From positions 5,521 to 69,520 of the IMG/VR virus record IMGVR_UViG_3300046163_000033: a stretch of 64,000 nucleotides of DNA, one strand, 5' to 3'. Shown here one piece after another: positions 20,339 to 31,909 of this stretch. Made by a program: the position numbers and the translations under genes. The number at the start of each line of letters is the position of its first letter. Positions within the stretch are counted from its first letter, which is position 1. The notes below the pieces were generated by a model that worked only from the letters and a program-made list of their open reading frames with translations, ran no database searches and had not been told where the DNA came from. Source of the DNA: a virus.

Positions 20339-21222
20339 TTAATTTTTTAGATATTTTGCAAAATCTCTGTTATTATAAGTATTGCTATATGGACTAGGTA
20401 TACCAAAATTTATATCAAGATCACTAGTAGAAGTCATACCTCCAAAAGTATTAGAGCCGCTTCCGGCTACTCCTTTCCCGTGCCTGGTAGTTTAAGTTCA
20501 GCTCCTAAATCAGCGCCTGCACTAGGCATTAAACTATCGCCTAATGCTCCAAAGCTACTAGCTATTTGACCAACAGCATTTGCTTTGGCCATTCTAGATC
20601 CCTTTATTCCAGCATTAGCTGTTGTATAACTTTGTCTAAGAAAAGTCATTTTACTATTGTCTCTAGCTTCTTGTTTATTAAACTGAAAAGATCTACCCAT
20701 TGCATCTGCTTGTTGCATTCTTCTACCTTCTTGTATGTTTACACCTTGAACTCTTACCTGTTCTTGAGTCTGTGCAGCTTGTAGTCTTTCTTCTCCACTT
20801 GCTCTTAATTTTTCATTTTGTGCCTCTTGCATTTCTATGCTTGCAGCAACACCTTTTTTACTTTGTAATGCAGCTTGAGCTAAAGCGGTTGCACCACCAG
20901 CACTAGCACCACTTGCTCTTAATGTATCTAATGTATTAGCTAAGGCTATATCAGCTTCTTCAGCTTGCATTTCAGCACCAGCAGTTGAAACACTAAGATT
21001 ATTATATGGGTTACTTAAATTACCACTAAGATCTTTAGCTAATGAACTTAAGTTAGAAAAGTTATCATAAGGATTAATTACCTTTTGTCTGTTCTTTTCA
21101 AGACTAGACATCTCTGCTCTTGCCTTTTTTTTCTCGGCTGCATACGCTCTCATGTTTCTTCTAGCAGCTGCTTTTTTAGCAAATCCACCGACTATACCGC
21201 CAATTGCTTTAAATAATCCCAT
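20339..21222 (-). CDS. Ala/Gln-rich probable DNA ejection (internal virion) protein
   Basis: Gly-rich hydrophobic N-terminus MGLFKAIGGIVGG and coiled coil GASAGGATALAQAALQSK. Probably continues past a shift near 20470 to TAA at 20339. Confidence 0.6.
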
Positions 21223-21233
21223 AATTTATTCTA

Positions 21234-22841
21234 TTAATACGATGATTCAACTGTGTCGCTGGACACTGCGAATAATTCTCTTTTTTGATTTATACTGTTA
21301 TCTAGCTTAAATTTAAATGTACTAAAAAATCCTTTAACACCAGTCATGTTATTTCCAAATACTATTTCCCCTGCCGTTGGCGATGAGTTGTTTATAATAT
21401 TTGCAAAGTATTTATTTTCTTTTCTTTTAAATTTATTAGAAAACATTTCACTTTCTAAAAGTGATAAGCTGTTAGGTACGTTTCCATATTTAGCTATTGG
21501 TGTTAACGCTATATCACCTGAACTAGCAACTACACTATCTACTATCCAATCATTTCCTCCTTCATAGTTAACTGTTTTAAATACTTTTACAGTAGATGGT
21601 TTTGCGTTCAATACAACTGTAACATCAGAATCATTTTCTATACCATAGAAATTAGCATAAGGACTAGAGCCATAGTGACTATATATCTTACCACTATTTG
21701 TAGAGAAAAACGTAGATGTCAAACTAAACATTAGTTTTGGTTGAAAAGTAAATAAACTTGTCCAACCTTTTACACTTTCATCAAATGATACGGTTTTAAA
21801 TGATTCATTGTAAAATATTAAAACTTCGTTACCAGGTATTTGAGTACCTATGTTACATTTAAATGACGATGGATTACCTGATGATATTACAGATTCAACC
21901 CTTCCATATAGTTGACCAACAATTTGACCTGATGTAGTATATTTGTATATATACATACCTGCTGTTATATTTGTATTAGCAGCATTTAATGTTAATGTTA
22001 CATCAACACCATCAGATGGTTGGTTGTATGTTTGTGGAGTTGCTGCGTTTCCTGATTGAGCAACAAAACCAGTTGATCTATTTTTCTTTATAGATAGTAT
22101 ATAGTTTTTAGTATGGTTATCCCAACCACCTACAATACCATTAGTAGAAGTACTTGAGTCGGTTAATTGATCTCTGAAAAAATCATGCATACCATAACCA
22201 GATATTTCTACGATCTGTCCGTTTGTAGATAATTGTAATACACAACCTCTTTTTCTATCAGTAAAGTATTTTCTATAACCATAAGCAGCAAAGCTTAATG
22301 GATCTTTAGCTATACCATACTTACCTTGATAAGCTATTATCTGTCCAATTACTAATCTACCAGATGTAGTTAGAGCTGAACCTTCTGCAGAATATATAGC
22401 ATCTTTATCTATAAGTGCTCTATTTACTTTGTCTTCTTGAAATATAATTAAGTTAGTATCTTCTGCATATAGTTTTTGTATTGAACCATGCGCTGGATCT
22501 AGGCTTCTAGTTATATCTTCTGCTACTGAAAACTCATTAGTTTGATTTATACCAGTTCTAGAATTAAACACTCCAGAGTATATTAAAGAGTTAAACCTAT
22601 TTTGGTTACTAGCATTGTCTTCTACTATATGAGCTTTAACACCTATATCTGTTGATGTATTATTATAACCACCTCTTATTCTTGACTCTTCTATAAACCA
22701 ATCAGTTGCATTAACAGGTGTATATGCTTCAGGTACGTTAGCATACGGTGATGCTGGTGCTGATGGAGTTTCAGCAACAACATTTGTTAATTTCTTCAAC
22801 CAGTATGAGTTAAAATATTTAAGTTCTAAAGTAGCACCCAT
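21234..22841 (-). CDS. Tail/nozzle structural protein
   Basis: Beta-rich 535-aa ORF (FNSLIYSG, YFTDRKRG, GGWDNH) in the tail module. Confidence 0.6.
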   Translation of the reverse strand: MGATLELKYFNSYWLKKLTNVVAETPSAPASPYANVPEAYTPVNATDWFIEESRIRGGYNNTSTDIGVKAHIVEDNASNQNRFNSLIYSGVFNSRTGINQTNEFSVAEDITRSLDPAHGSIQKLYAEDTNLIIFQEDKVNRALIDKDAIYSAEGSALTTSGRLVIGQIIAYQGKYGIAKDPLSFAAYGYRKYFTDRKRGCVLQLSTNGQIVEISGYGMHDFFRDQLTDSSTSTNGIVGGWDNHTKNYILSIKKNRSTGFVAQSGNAATPQTYNQPSDGVDVTLTLNAANTNITAGMYIYKYTTSGQIVGQLYGRVESVISSGNPSSFKCNIGTQIPGNEVLIFYNESFKTVSFDESVKGWTSLFTFQPKLMFSLTSTFFSTNSGKIYSHYGSSPYANFYGIENDSDVTVVLNAKPSTVKVFKTVNYEGGNDWIVDSVVASSGDIALTPIAKYGNVPNSLSLLESEMFSNKFKRKENKYFANIINNSSPTAGEIVFGNNMTGVKGFFSTFKFKLDNSINQKRELFAVSSDTVESSY

Positions 22842-22845
22842 GTTT

Positions 22846-22857
22846 TATTATTACTTG
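22846..22857 (-). promoter_or_regulatory. Candidate phage promoter motif CAAGTAATAATA
   Basis: Sits in a 29-bp gap, preceded by an A-run. Confidence 0.5.
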
Positions 22858-22870
22858 TTTTTTGTTATTA

Positions 22871-25800
22871 TTACGTCCAGCCATTTGTTCCAGGAACAGG
22901 TCTTGCACAACCGATACAAGATCTCGCAAATTTATCACTACATGTATTAGCATCTCCACTTATTTTAATACCACTTGCATTAAACTTAGCCGATGAATCT
23001 ATTTGGTTAAAAGGTTCTGCAGGGTTTGATGCTGTTGAAAACCCATAGAACGGTGTTGTGTTGCTAGCTGATTGATGTGTAAAAGTACTTGTCAACCCAG
23101 CGTCTGTGTAAAATATATCTACATATTCAGAATAAGGCATTGGAGCATATCTAGTTGTATTACCCGTAGCGCAAGTATATGCAGTTTGAGGTGAAGAAAG
23201 ATTATATAAATAACTTTTTGGAGTTTTGTTATCAGTAACATTGCCACCATTTTCAACAACACAAGTGCTATAATATAAGTCGTTTGAGTTAACCCATAAA
23301 CATAATGAGTCTGAGTAAGCGCCTGCATATTCAGTGTAAGCATCTTTAGCAACTATAGCATATTCTCCAACTGAATTAAATGCAAAAGCAGTTGAACCAT
23401 ATCTAGTGCTGTTTATAGTACTGTTTGTCCAATCACCATTTGCTTGTATATTAGAACCGTTGACGTCATCTATTTGTTGCCAAGTAGCATTTGCATCTGC
23501 TCTATGATAAACAAGCCATTCAACACTCATTGTAGTAAAATTAGGACCACCTTGAGAACTACCATAAGAATATAACTGCTGCATATTACATTGAAAAACA
23601 ACAGTACCTTGTGTAACAGCATTACCTAATTTATTTATAAAATTTGAATCATTAGTGTTTGCTGAAACAGTTAAACCACTTATTTTAGGATTATTAAAAT
23701 CACTAGCCGTTAAAGTATTATTAGATAAATACCAAACAGCAGTTCTTGTGTTTGAACTAATTGTATTATAAGGAACAACTGATTGTTGTGTTGCTGGTAT
23801 ACCCGAGCTAACTACACCTTGAGCTACACATCCAGACTTTGAACTAGAATTTAAAGGTACAGCGCCAACAGTTATAACCTGTTGCTTAGTAACACTTTTA
23901 GTATTTAATTGAGGAACGTTGTTTAGTATAGCATCTTCAATTTTTAATTGTAAAGTGTAAACACCTATAGGCGTAGAGTTTGCTGTTTTAGTAACAACAC
24001 CAGTTGTATTATCAGTTATTTGAAAATAACTACCTGGTGATTGTGAAACAATACTATATCTTAATCCTAAATTACTATTAGTTATTGATCCATTGTAACC
24101 TTGTCTTGTAACACCTATATTATCACCAGCACTAACTATAACGTCTGGCAAAGAAGTACCATCTACAAATACAGGATCTAAATTAGTTAACTCACCTGTA
24201 AAAAGTATTGTACTTGTGTCGCCACCAGAGTTGGCTACGGTTGTAAAAACAAAAGTATAGTTATAAACTTCTTTAGAGCTTTTGTTTACAGTTCCAGCTG
24301 TACCATCATTATAACCAGCTGCAGAATAATTAAAAGTATTTACTAGTGTTTCTATTTTATACCCTGTACCAGATGTTTTAATTTTAAATTGACTACCAGC
24401 ACCTATGTTCTCTGTAAATGTAGAGCCATCATATGTTATGTTACCTGTAGCTCTTGTTGTACCCGCTCCGTCAACAACAGTGATAGCAACTTGAGCTATT
24501 TGAGTATTAGCAAAATTACTACCTTGATTATTCTGCGGATAAAATATAGCTGTAACATCTGTGTTAGCAGCCATGCCTTCTGTCTGCGAATAGCTTAGCG
24601 CTGAAAGTTGACTTACACCATCAAAACCAGTTTCAACATCTGCATTTAAATCAGCTATTAATCCAGCTGTAGTAGTTTCATAAAACAACTGTAACAAACT
24701 ATCAACAGGTTCTGTTTCAACAATTGATAAATAAGGTTTCATTGTTGCGGCTGTTGTCCCTATAATAGTTGTTCCAGCATTAGATGTTGCTAATCTAGCT
24801 ATAAAAGGATTTGTTTCAAGTTGATATAAAGGTACAACCGCAGGAGGTGTAGGTACTGTTATATAGGTAGCACCCATTGATAAGTCATTAGCTGTGGCTA
24901 TAGTGTCGGCCGTCATAGATAATGGTAAAAACTGTGAGCCAGCTGCTGCAGAATTTACAGGAAAAAACTGTACATTACTTGTTGCTGTATTGTTATTAAC
25001 CCTACCGTAAAGTTGCACTGAACTTCTAAATTGTTTTTGTTGATCAGATGTTTCGTTTAAATCTCTAGGTATTTTATTTATATTATCGTTTAACAAAACA
25101 ACATTAGCTGTTTTATTATCTTCATCAGTTGGGAAAACAGGTGGGTCTGTAACGCCAGTAGTAGTTGGATAACCATTTAAAAATCCTGGTAAATAAACAT
25201 TATAATATTCTTGCTCTTGTTGTTTAACAACAACTTTATATGAATACCAACCTAATGGATTTGGTAATGTATAAGCAAATTTAACATCAGGGCTATTACT
25301 ATTAGAGCTGTATAATAAATCATTAACCTCTCCATCAGTTGTTATTGTATAAGCCGAACCAACATTTGCTACATTAGTTACTTTAACAAAATCTGTATAT
25401 TCACCTCTTAAGTATGAATTTAACGTAGGTACGTTTGTTTGTCCAGTTGACAAAGTAAATGTAAATGTATTACCATTTATATTAGTTGTAGTACCAGTAG
25501 TATTAAAACCTTGACCTATTTTTTCAGCGTATAAACCTGGTTCGCCTGCGTTTGCCGTATCACTTGTTATTGATTCGTTGACAACAACTTTTAAAGCATC
25601 ACCAAACCATTGGTTTAAATTTTGAGTACTAGCTTTGTACGGGTGATAAAAAGTTGAACCACCAAAAAAGTTTCCAGCCAAACTTAAACCTGCATCTACC
25701 GATGAAAGAATAACAGATGACTGTCTACCAAATTTATCTGATAATACAAAACCTACTTGATAATTTCTATTTTGTTTTAATGTATGATTAGGATATTCTG

Positions 25801-27160
25801 CCCAGTTTGTAAATGTAGTAGTATTTTTAGCTGAAGCGCCAACGTTGTAGTTTAGCGTATTAGGAGGAGTATGTTGACTTTGATAATTACCATAAATAAC
25901 TCTGTTACCTGAAACTTCTTGTGACAAAGCTCTAACAGGAACACGATCATAAACTCTTACCGTTTGTCTTTCTGGTAATGTTTTAAATGGTTTTCTTGAC
26001 TGATAATTGTATGTGTAAATATTAGTGTTTTGGTTTGGCCAACTAGTATCCACAACGTTTATTGAATCTAAAACTTTAACTGCTCTAGCGTCTGACTCTT
26101 TATATAATATATCTATTCCTATTATTTTATAACTGTCAGTATCAGCTGTTCCTATTTTAGTTTGTTGATCAGGTAAAGGTATTAATAGTTCTACATTTTG
26201 TACACCATTTTCCATAAAAGCAAGTATAGTACTTCTATAAGCAGCGTCTTCATCGCCATCAAAAAAATAACCTTTTTGTTGAGGTATAAAAGCTGGCTGT
26301 GTAAATGGAGCCATAATAGAATACTCTAAATCATCAAATTTAAATCTATAACTAAATCTAACAAATAAATCTTGAAGAAAGTCTGGATCACCAGGCCAAT
26401 CACCACCTTGATTAAAATCATAAGTAATGTCTTTACCAGTCATTGTAGTGGTTAAAAATGTTAAAACATCTAAATTTGCTACAGTTGCCGCTACGTTTAT
26501 AGTTACAGTTGTACCAGAAACGTTTGTTACATATATATATTGATCAGCTGTTATGCTTGGACCAATGATATTCATACCCTTTTTTATAGCTACATTAGCT
26601 GCTGATAATGTTATAGTTGTAGAGCTACTCGCTGCTCCAGCCGTACTAGTTGTAGACTTTAATAACTGTAAAGGTTCGTATGGATTATATTTAGCAACTG
26701 ATATTTGGTTTTCTTTTGTATAATAACCTAATGTTTTAGTTACATTTATTTTTCTAGGTTGATTTCTATTATCTGTCCAAAATAAAAGATCTTCCACTAA
26801 GTTTACACCTATGATAGGACTTGACTTACTAAAATTTAAAAAAGAGCCTGTAACTAATAGTGTATAACTAGATGCTTCATATTTGTAAATCCAATGACTT
26901 ACGTTATCTGTTAAAAATGTATAAACAATACTATTGTTATTATCTGTAAAATAACCTATAATCTCTGCATTTGCATTTGCTGTATTACTAACTTGAACTA
27001 AAGTGTTGCCTAGTATGTTTTCTAATGCGCCTATATCATCATCTTCAGATTTACCTACAGATATATTGTTTGCATCTCTATACTCACCGTTAGGAATCAA
27101 TCGGTCGTCAAGATCTTTATTCATCTTGGACCTTAGAAAGCTATTCTTTATTTCAGCCAT
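22871..27160 (-). CDS. Large tail stabilization/muzzle-like structural protein with C-terminal Ig/cadherin-like region
   Basis: N-terminal KMNKDLDDRLIPNGEYRDANNI, LLFWTDNRNQPRKIN, FSYRFKFDD and GNRVIYGNY resemble tail stabilization proteins of Bacteroidota podoviruses. Confidence 0.65.
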   Translation of the reverse strand: MAEIKNSFLRSKMNKDLDDRLIPNGEYRDANNISVGKSEDDDIGALENILGNTLVQVSNTANANAEIIGYFTDNNNSIVYTFLTDNVSHWIYKYEASSYTLLVTGSFLNFSKSSPIIGVNLVEDLLFWTDNRNQPRKINVTKTLGYYTKENQISVAKYNPYEPLQLLKSTTSTAGAASSSTTITLSAANVAIKKGMNIIGPSITADQYIYVTNVSGTTVTINVAATVANLDVLTFLTTTMTGKDITYDFNQGGDWPGDPDFLQDLFVRFSYRFKFDDLEYSIMAPFTQPAFIPQQKGYFFDGDEDAAYRSTILAFMENGVQNVELLIPLPDQQTKIGTADTDSYKIIGIDILYKESDARAVKVLDSINVVDTSWPNQNTNIYTYNYQSRKPFKTLPERQTVRVYDRVPVRALSQEVSGNRVIYGNYQSQHTPPNTLNYNVGASAKNTTTFTNWAEYPNHTLKQNRNYQVGFVLSDKFGRQSSVILSSVDAGLSLAGNFFGGSTFYHPYKASTQNLNQWFGDALKVVVNESITSDTANAGEPGLYAEKIGQGFNTTGTTTNINGNTFTFTLSTGQTNVPTLNSYLRGEYTDFVKVTNVANVGSAYTITTDGEVNDLLYSSNSNSPDVKFAYTLPNPLGWYSYKVVVKQQEQEYYNVYLPGFLNGYPTTTGVTDPPVFPTDEDNKTANVVLLNDNINKIPRDLNETSDQQKQFRSSVQLYGRVNNNTATSNVQFFPVNSAAAGSQFLPLSMTADTIATANDLSMGATYITVPTPPAVVPLYQLETNPFIARLATSNAGTTIIGTTAATMKPYLSIVETEPVDSLLQLFYETTTAGLIADLNADVETGFDGVSQLSALSYSQTEGMAANTDVTAIFYPQNNQGSNFANTQIAQVAITVVDGAGTTRATGNITYDGSTFTENIGAGSQFKIKTSGTGYKIETLVNTFNYSAAGYNDGTAGTVNKSSKEVYNYTFVFTTVANSGGDTSTILFTGELTNLDPVFVDGTSLPDVIVSAGDNIGVTRQGYNGSITNSNLGLRYSIVSQSPGSYFQITDNTTGVVTKTANSTPIGVYTLQLKIEDAILNNVPQLNTKSVTKQQVITVGAVPLNSSSKSGCVAQGVVSSGIPATQQSVVPYNTISSNTRTAVWYLSNNTLTASDFNNPKISGLTVSANTNDSNFINKLGNAVTQGTVVFQCNMQQLYSYGSSQGGPNFTTMSVEWLVYHRADANATWQQIDDVNGSNIQANGDWTNSTINSTRYGSTAFAFNSVGEYAIVAKDAYTEYAGAYSDSLCLWVNSNDLYYSTCVVENGGNVTDNKTPKSYLYNLSSPQTAYTCATGNTTRYAPMPYSEYVDIFYTDAGLTSTFTHQSASNTTPFYGFSTASNPAEPFNQIDSSAKFNASGIKISGDANTCSDKFARSCIGCARPVPGTNGWT

Positions 27161-27163
27161 GTA

Positions 27164-28585
27164 TTAAAATTTAAGCCATTTAGATTTTTGTCTCATAACT
27201 TGAACTATTTGATCAAGTTTTATATTAGATAATCTAATCTTAGCATTTCTTAGTTTAGCACTTCTTTCTTTTTTAAATCTCTGTACTATGTATTCTGGTA
27301 CTTTAGCGCTAACAGATAATATTGAATGTATAATATGAGAGTATAAAGCATCTTCTGCCAACTTAGGTATTCTAGCATCAAGATCATAAGCATTTCCATC
27401 TGATATATACTCTATAACTACAAGCTTACCTTTTAAATCGTTGCTAAAAGATATTTTACCTTCTCTGTCGTTTATTGTAAACCAACCATTACGCTGACTA
27501 GTTTCAGGGTTAAGACCATATCTTTGACCTAAAGCTAATTCATAAAAGTTATTTTGATTTAAAGTGTCTGCGGCGTTTTCATCTTGTGCGGTAAATGCTC
27601 CTGAAATTCTTCTTGGATCATTAGATGCCCAAGCTGCTTCTACTTGTGATGTAGTAGTTATATTAGAGTCAAAACTATCTTGTGTTGGTGTACCAAGATT
27701 ATCTTGAGCTGGTGAAGCGTAAGGATCTGTTGTTAATGTATTTGCTGGAAATATGGTATGTTGAACACCAAACTTATCAGTCCAAGACATTCTAACATAA
27801 TTAACGTAATCTTGAGGTATAATAACATTTAAAGCATTGTTTACAGTAAGCTCTTGTGATCTAATGCTTCTAAGTGTATCGTAACTAAATTCTTGTAATC
27901 CACGTTTTGCATGAAATATTACATCAGTTCTTTTTACGCTAGGTATTAATTTACCAGCACCTACATATGCTATTAAAAAATTATCAATAACATCTGTTAA
28001 TCTAGTATATTCATAACTACCATAGTTTTCTTCTATAGCAGTTTCTTTTAATTGTATTTTTAAATAATTGTTAGCTGGTAAATCTATAGCTGCAGTAACA
28101 ATATTATTAACCATAGAATATGGTTCATCAAATTGAAACAACACTGCTGTTGTAGCATTACCTGGTAAAGCAATAGGTTTGTCTAAAGTTATTGCAACAC
28201 CATTTACACTTACTACTTTAGCACCAGTAGGATTATTAGTTATACCACCACCGTATATACTCATACCAGCTATTATGTTTGCGTTAGCCACCGCTATTTG
28301 TATAGTTGCTGATGCAACCCCACCATTTTCAGTTGCTACAGCGTTTTGAACTGTAGTAGCTGGTGTTATTTCAGTCCATGTTAAAGCATCTGTACTTTTA
28401 TATAATAGAAAATTATTCAGACCGTATTGACCGTTAGTAGGATCAGAACTTCCAAATATTAAATTTGTATCAAAAGTAGATGTTATATTTATACCTACAC
28501 CTCCTGTTGCTGAGTACTGCTGCTGTGCTCCAGCGTAATATTGTCTATTAGTTTCGGTGACTAATCCACCATCTGGTCTTGGCAT
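27164..28585 (-). CDS. Tail ring/adaptor structural protein
   Basis: DVIFHAKRGLQEFSYD and IPQDYVNYVR; position downstream of the capsid gene. Confidence 0.55.
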   Translation of the reverse strand: MPRPDGGLVTETNRQYYAGAQQQYSATGGVGINITSTFDTNLIFGSSDPTNGQYGLNNFLLYKSTDALTWTEITPATTVQNAVATENGGVASATIQIAVANANIIAGMSIYGGGITNNPTGAKVVSVNGVAITLDKPIALPGNATTAVLFQFDEPYSMVNNIVTAAIDLPANNYLKIQLKETAIEENYGSYEYTRLTDVIDNFLIAYVGAGKLIPSVKRTDVIFHAKRGLQEFSYDTLRSIRSQELTVNNALNVIIPQDYVNYVRMSWTDKFGVQHTIFPANTLTTDPYASPAQDNLGTPTQDSFDSNITTTSQVEAAWASNDPRRISGAFTAQDENAADTLNQNNFYELALGQRYGLNPETSQRNGWFTINDREGKISFSNDLKGKLVVIEYISDGNAYDLDARIPKLAEDALYSHIIHSILSVSAKVPEYIVQRFKKERSAKLRNAKIRLSNIKLDQIVQVMRQKSKWLKF

Positions 28586-28588
28586 ATA

Positions 28589-29512
28589 TTAACTTTTTTG
28601 ATTCATTTCTTCTTGTTGTATTTGACCCGCAGCAACTTCTATTATTTCACGATCTCTTACAACAACACCTGCATATAATAATATTTTTATTATAAGTTCT
28701 GTTTGCTCTGATGAGTGTATTTCAAAGTTGTTTGATGTAGCTGGTAAAAACATATTGATTGTTACCATGTAAAATTCCATATAGGATCAATAGGTTTTCT
28801 TAAATAATTAACTGATATACCACTTTGTATAGTTGTAGGATATACATTTAAGTAATTATTTTGTAAGTATATATAGGATATTGTAGTTGTAGGTTTTGTA
28901 AGATTAGAACCTAGTAAATGATATAACTCCTTGATACCAACTCTTTCTAATTCTTGTATAGGTAAAGCTCCTGCGTATATATAACAGTACCTAATCTATA
29001 AAATTGCTTTAGGATATATATTTATAATCTATAGTTTCCGCTAGTTGGTTGAGATGTTAAAAGTTAAATTTCCATTTGTTAATAGTATATTCAGCATCTG
29101 TAATTAACATTAGCAACAAACTTGCTATACCCCATTGTATTTGACTAAAGCTTAATAGCTTCCTGTATAAATGCTGTATGTTAATTAGCTGGGTTACAGC
29201 TGTAACTGTTGATTTGCGGAAGAGTCCGGAGTATTGTGAAGGTAATCTAAAACCGCTTGTAGTATATGTTGCGGCATCTATTTCTTTAAATATAGATAAT
29301 TTTTCATCTATGTTAATTTGTCTATCGGAATAGTCTAAATCAACTTGAGGCACACGTAATTGCTGATTCATATCTTCAGCGTATTTTTCAAATATTTCTA
29401 ATTGAACTTGCCCACCTATTTTATTAAACTCAACAGGTGTCATATAACCTCTCTGTTCTTTATTTAGTATTAATAAAACGGTTTGATATACAGTATTTAC
29501 GTTTATTGCCAT
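28589..29512 (-). CDS. Head-tail adaptor/ring protein (several frameshifts)
   Basis: N-terminal ILNKEQRGYMTPVEFN and C-terminal FEIHSSEQTELIIKILLYAG pieces separated by an indel-rich stretch. Confidence 0.55.
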
Positions 29513-29530
29513 TTTAATATTTTAGTTAAT

Positions 29531-29562
29531 AGTGATTAGGGCCACCAAAGTGACCCTTCACT
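29531..29562 (-). other. Stem-loop directly downstream of a promoter motif
   Basis: AGTGAAGGGTCAC-TTTG-GTGGCCCTAATCACT on the minus strand. Confidence 0.5.
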
Positions 29563-29567
29563 ATAAT

Positions 29568-29579
29568 TATAGTTACATG
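29568..29579 (-). promoter_or_regulatory. Candidate phage promoter motif CATGTAACTATA
   Basis: Intergenic, immediately after the upstream stop codon. Confidence 0.55.
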
Positions 29580-30341
29580 TTATTGTAACTTTTTCTCAAT
29601 TGTTCTGAAAACTTCTACACCTTCATCAGTCTTAAACCATGCGGCCATAGCTGAATATGGGTTTTCATCAAAAGGAACAGTTAATAGTTTTCTATCATTT
29701 GATCCCCAATGAATAGTTCTTTGATCTTGTGATAGTTTTACTATATGTTGTTCAACTGCTCTAATAGCTGTGTTTCTTAATCCAACATTTTCATCATTAG
29801 CAATTGCTAAAAAATTACCTGGATTTCTTCTTGCCATTAATAATAAGTCTCTTCTTAATTCTTTAGAGCTTAACGTTGCAACTTCAGATCCTTTTTCAAC
29901 TCTTAAAACTGCTTCAGCATGATCTAAATCCATGTTTTTAGCAGCCGTCATAGCTTCTAGTTCAGCATCTAAATCTGCTAAGTCATCTTGAGCAACTTCT
30001 TTTTGATCCCACTCGGCAAATATACTGCCTTTTTTAGGGTGATGATGTAAAAATTTTTGTAAGTTTTGTTGTGACTCACTAACTGTCATTACTCCATCTT
30101 CAAATATAACATGACCTAATGTACATTCACCTTGTTGTTCATCAACAAATGGCGAGTTTTGATTAGTTGCATATCTTAATTCTCTTTGTGTGTTTGTACT
30201 TTTATCAAAATATAATAAAGGATATTGAGTACTATGCTTGGTTTGTAATGTAAAAGTTAGTGGTGTAATGTCGTGTAATAAATAATACACTCTAGTTTTA
30301 ATCTCCCATTTAGGGGTTTTGATTTCTTTTGTCTTTGACAT
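29580..30341 (-). CDS. Hypothetical (probably structural) protein downstream of the capsid gene
   Basis: Intact 253-aa ORF (RELRYATNQNSPF). Confidence 0.65.
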   Translation of the reverse strand: MSKTKEIKTPKWEIKTRVYYLLHDITPLTFTLQTKHSTQYPLLYFDKSTNTQRELRYATNQNSPFVDEQQGECTLGHVIFEDGVMTVSESQQNLQKFLHHHPKKGSIFAEWDQKEVAQDDLADLDAELEAMTAAKNMDLDHAEAVLRVEKGSEVATLSSKELRRDLLLMARRNPGNFLAIANDENVGLRNTAIRAVEQHIVKLSQDQRTIHWGSNDRKLLTVPFDENPYSAMAAWFKTDEGVEVFRTIEKKLQ

Positions 30342-30360
30342 AATATGATATAATATAATT

Positions 30361-30400
30361 AAAAAAATAAAGGGCTAGGCGCCGAAGCGCCTAACTCTTT
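30361..30400 (-). terminator. Intrinsic terminator after the major capsid gene
   Basis: AAAGAGTTAGGCGC-TTCG-GCGCCTAGCCCTTT then ATTTTTTT; C(UUCG)G tetraloop. Confidence 0.88.
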
Positions 30401-30409
30401 AAAAAAGTA

Positions 30410-31894
30410 TTAAGCTTGGAATAACACGAAGTTATTAGCAGCTTGAGTTACAAGACATCTCTCAGATAAGAAATGAACTTGCATTGCATCTAGTGCAGAG
30501 TTGTATACACCTCCAACAGATCCAGTGATCCAAGACTTGTAACGTCTGTCATCAGCTTCTGAAGATCTGTATCTTACGTGTAAGAATGGTCTTCTAACGT
30601 TTGTACCTAATAATTGGTCATAAACTGTAGAAGTTCCAGCAGGTACTAATACACCATCTATTCCACTAACTGCAACAGCACCTCTTGTAGAAGCGTCGTT
30701 TAAGTATTTCCAGCTAGTTTTGTAGAAATCATAAGAACCTCTTCTAAATCCAGAGAATCCTAAGTTAAGTGCCATTTGCTCAGAGTTTTCAAATAAACCG
30801 TAAGCAGTACCACCTTGTGAACCACCAGAGATTTGAGATAACATATCGTCAAAACCAAGATCAGTTGATCTGTTTAAGAATAACATGTTTTCTTCAATTG
30901 CTCCTTGAGTATCAAGGTTTTTAAGGATTTGATCGAAATCACTGATACCAGTAGCAGCAGAAAATCCTGACATGATGTTACCTCTTGTTTGGATAGCTTG
31001 GAATAAACCTTGCGTTCCATGAGCAGCAACAGCAGCATTAAATCCAGTATTACCAATGTTACCAGCAGCAGCTTGTACAGCAAACTGACCAGTAGCAGAA
31101 GCTAATTCACCTTCAATCATTGCCATTTCTAAGTAGTCATCAAATCTTAGTCTTGTTTCAGACTCAGACTTTAGATACCATAAGTATCCTGATGTACCAT
31201 CTTCAGTAGCAACTTCAACCCATCCAATTTGCGCAGTGTCAGAACCATTGATTTCAAATCTATCTTTGATAATGATTGGTTGATTAGAGTATTGAGTAAA
31301 TTGTGGCTGTACTGAGAAGTTTCCGCTTCCAGTTCCTTTAGCAAATAAAGAACCATAAACGAATATCTTTAATCCAGCAGCACCTGCAGCAGCAGCGATA
31401 CCTAAAGTATCCCAGTTAGCAGCAGTAAATGGATAAGCAGTAACGTTAGTTAAAGCACCATTTGCAGCTACAGCACCTACAATACCTTTTAATGTAACAC
31501 CAGTAGTTGGGTTCATTACAACGATAGTATCGTTAGGAGCAATTGCATTTTTAATAGAAGTTGCACCAACAGCAGCGTTAGTAGGTACACTGAAAACGAA
31601 AGTTCCAGCACCAGGTCCTGTTAGTGTACATCCTGTATAAGAGATGTGTAATCTATTTTGTTCAGACCAAATTACTTGATCAGATGTCATTGGCATTTCA
31701 GCGCCAACCATTTTTAAGAAACCAGATAAAGTTCTGTTTCCATATCTTTCTACCTCAGCTTCATAAACTTCAGGAAGGTATTGTTGAGCGAAGTCATTTC
31801 CACCTCCATTAGCAAAGTTTAAGTAGTTGCTATTTAAGATTTGTTGTTGTAGTGACGGCACGATCGAGCCGTATACAGGATTAATTTGTCCCAT
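30410..31894 (-). CDS. Major capsid protein
   Basis: Follows the scaffold gene and precedes a strong terminator; strongly biased codons; QQYLPEVYEAEVERYGNRT, WSEQNRLH, FLSERCL. Confidence 0.8.
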   Translation of the reverse strand: MGQINPVYGSIVPSLQQQILNSNYLNFANGGGNDFAQQYLPEVYEAEVERYGNRTLSGFLKMVGAEMPMTSDQVIWSEQNRLHISYTGCTLTGPGAGTFVFSVPTNAAVGATSIKNAIAPNDTIVVMNPTTGVTLKGIVGAVAANGALTNVTAYPFTAANWDTLGIAAAAGAAGLKIFVYGSLFAKGTGSGNFSVQPQFTQYSNQPIIIKDRFEINGSDTAQIGWVEVATEDGTSGYLWYLKSESETRLRFDDYLEMAMIEGELASATGQFAVQAAAGNIGNTGFNAAVAAHGTQGLFQAIQTRGNIMSGFSAATGISDFDQILKNLDTQGAIEENMLFLNRSTDLGFDDMLSQISGGSQGGTAYGLFENSEQMALNLGFSGFRRGSYDFYKTSWKYLNDASTRGAVAVSGIDGVLVPAGTSTVYDQLLGTNVRRPFLHVRYRSSEADDRRYKSWITGSVGGVYNSALDAMQVHFLSERCLVTQAANNFVLFQA

Positions 31895-31909
31895 TTTTAA
31901 TAATAATTT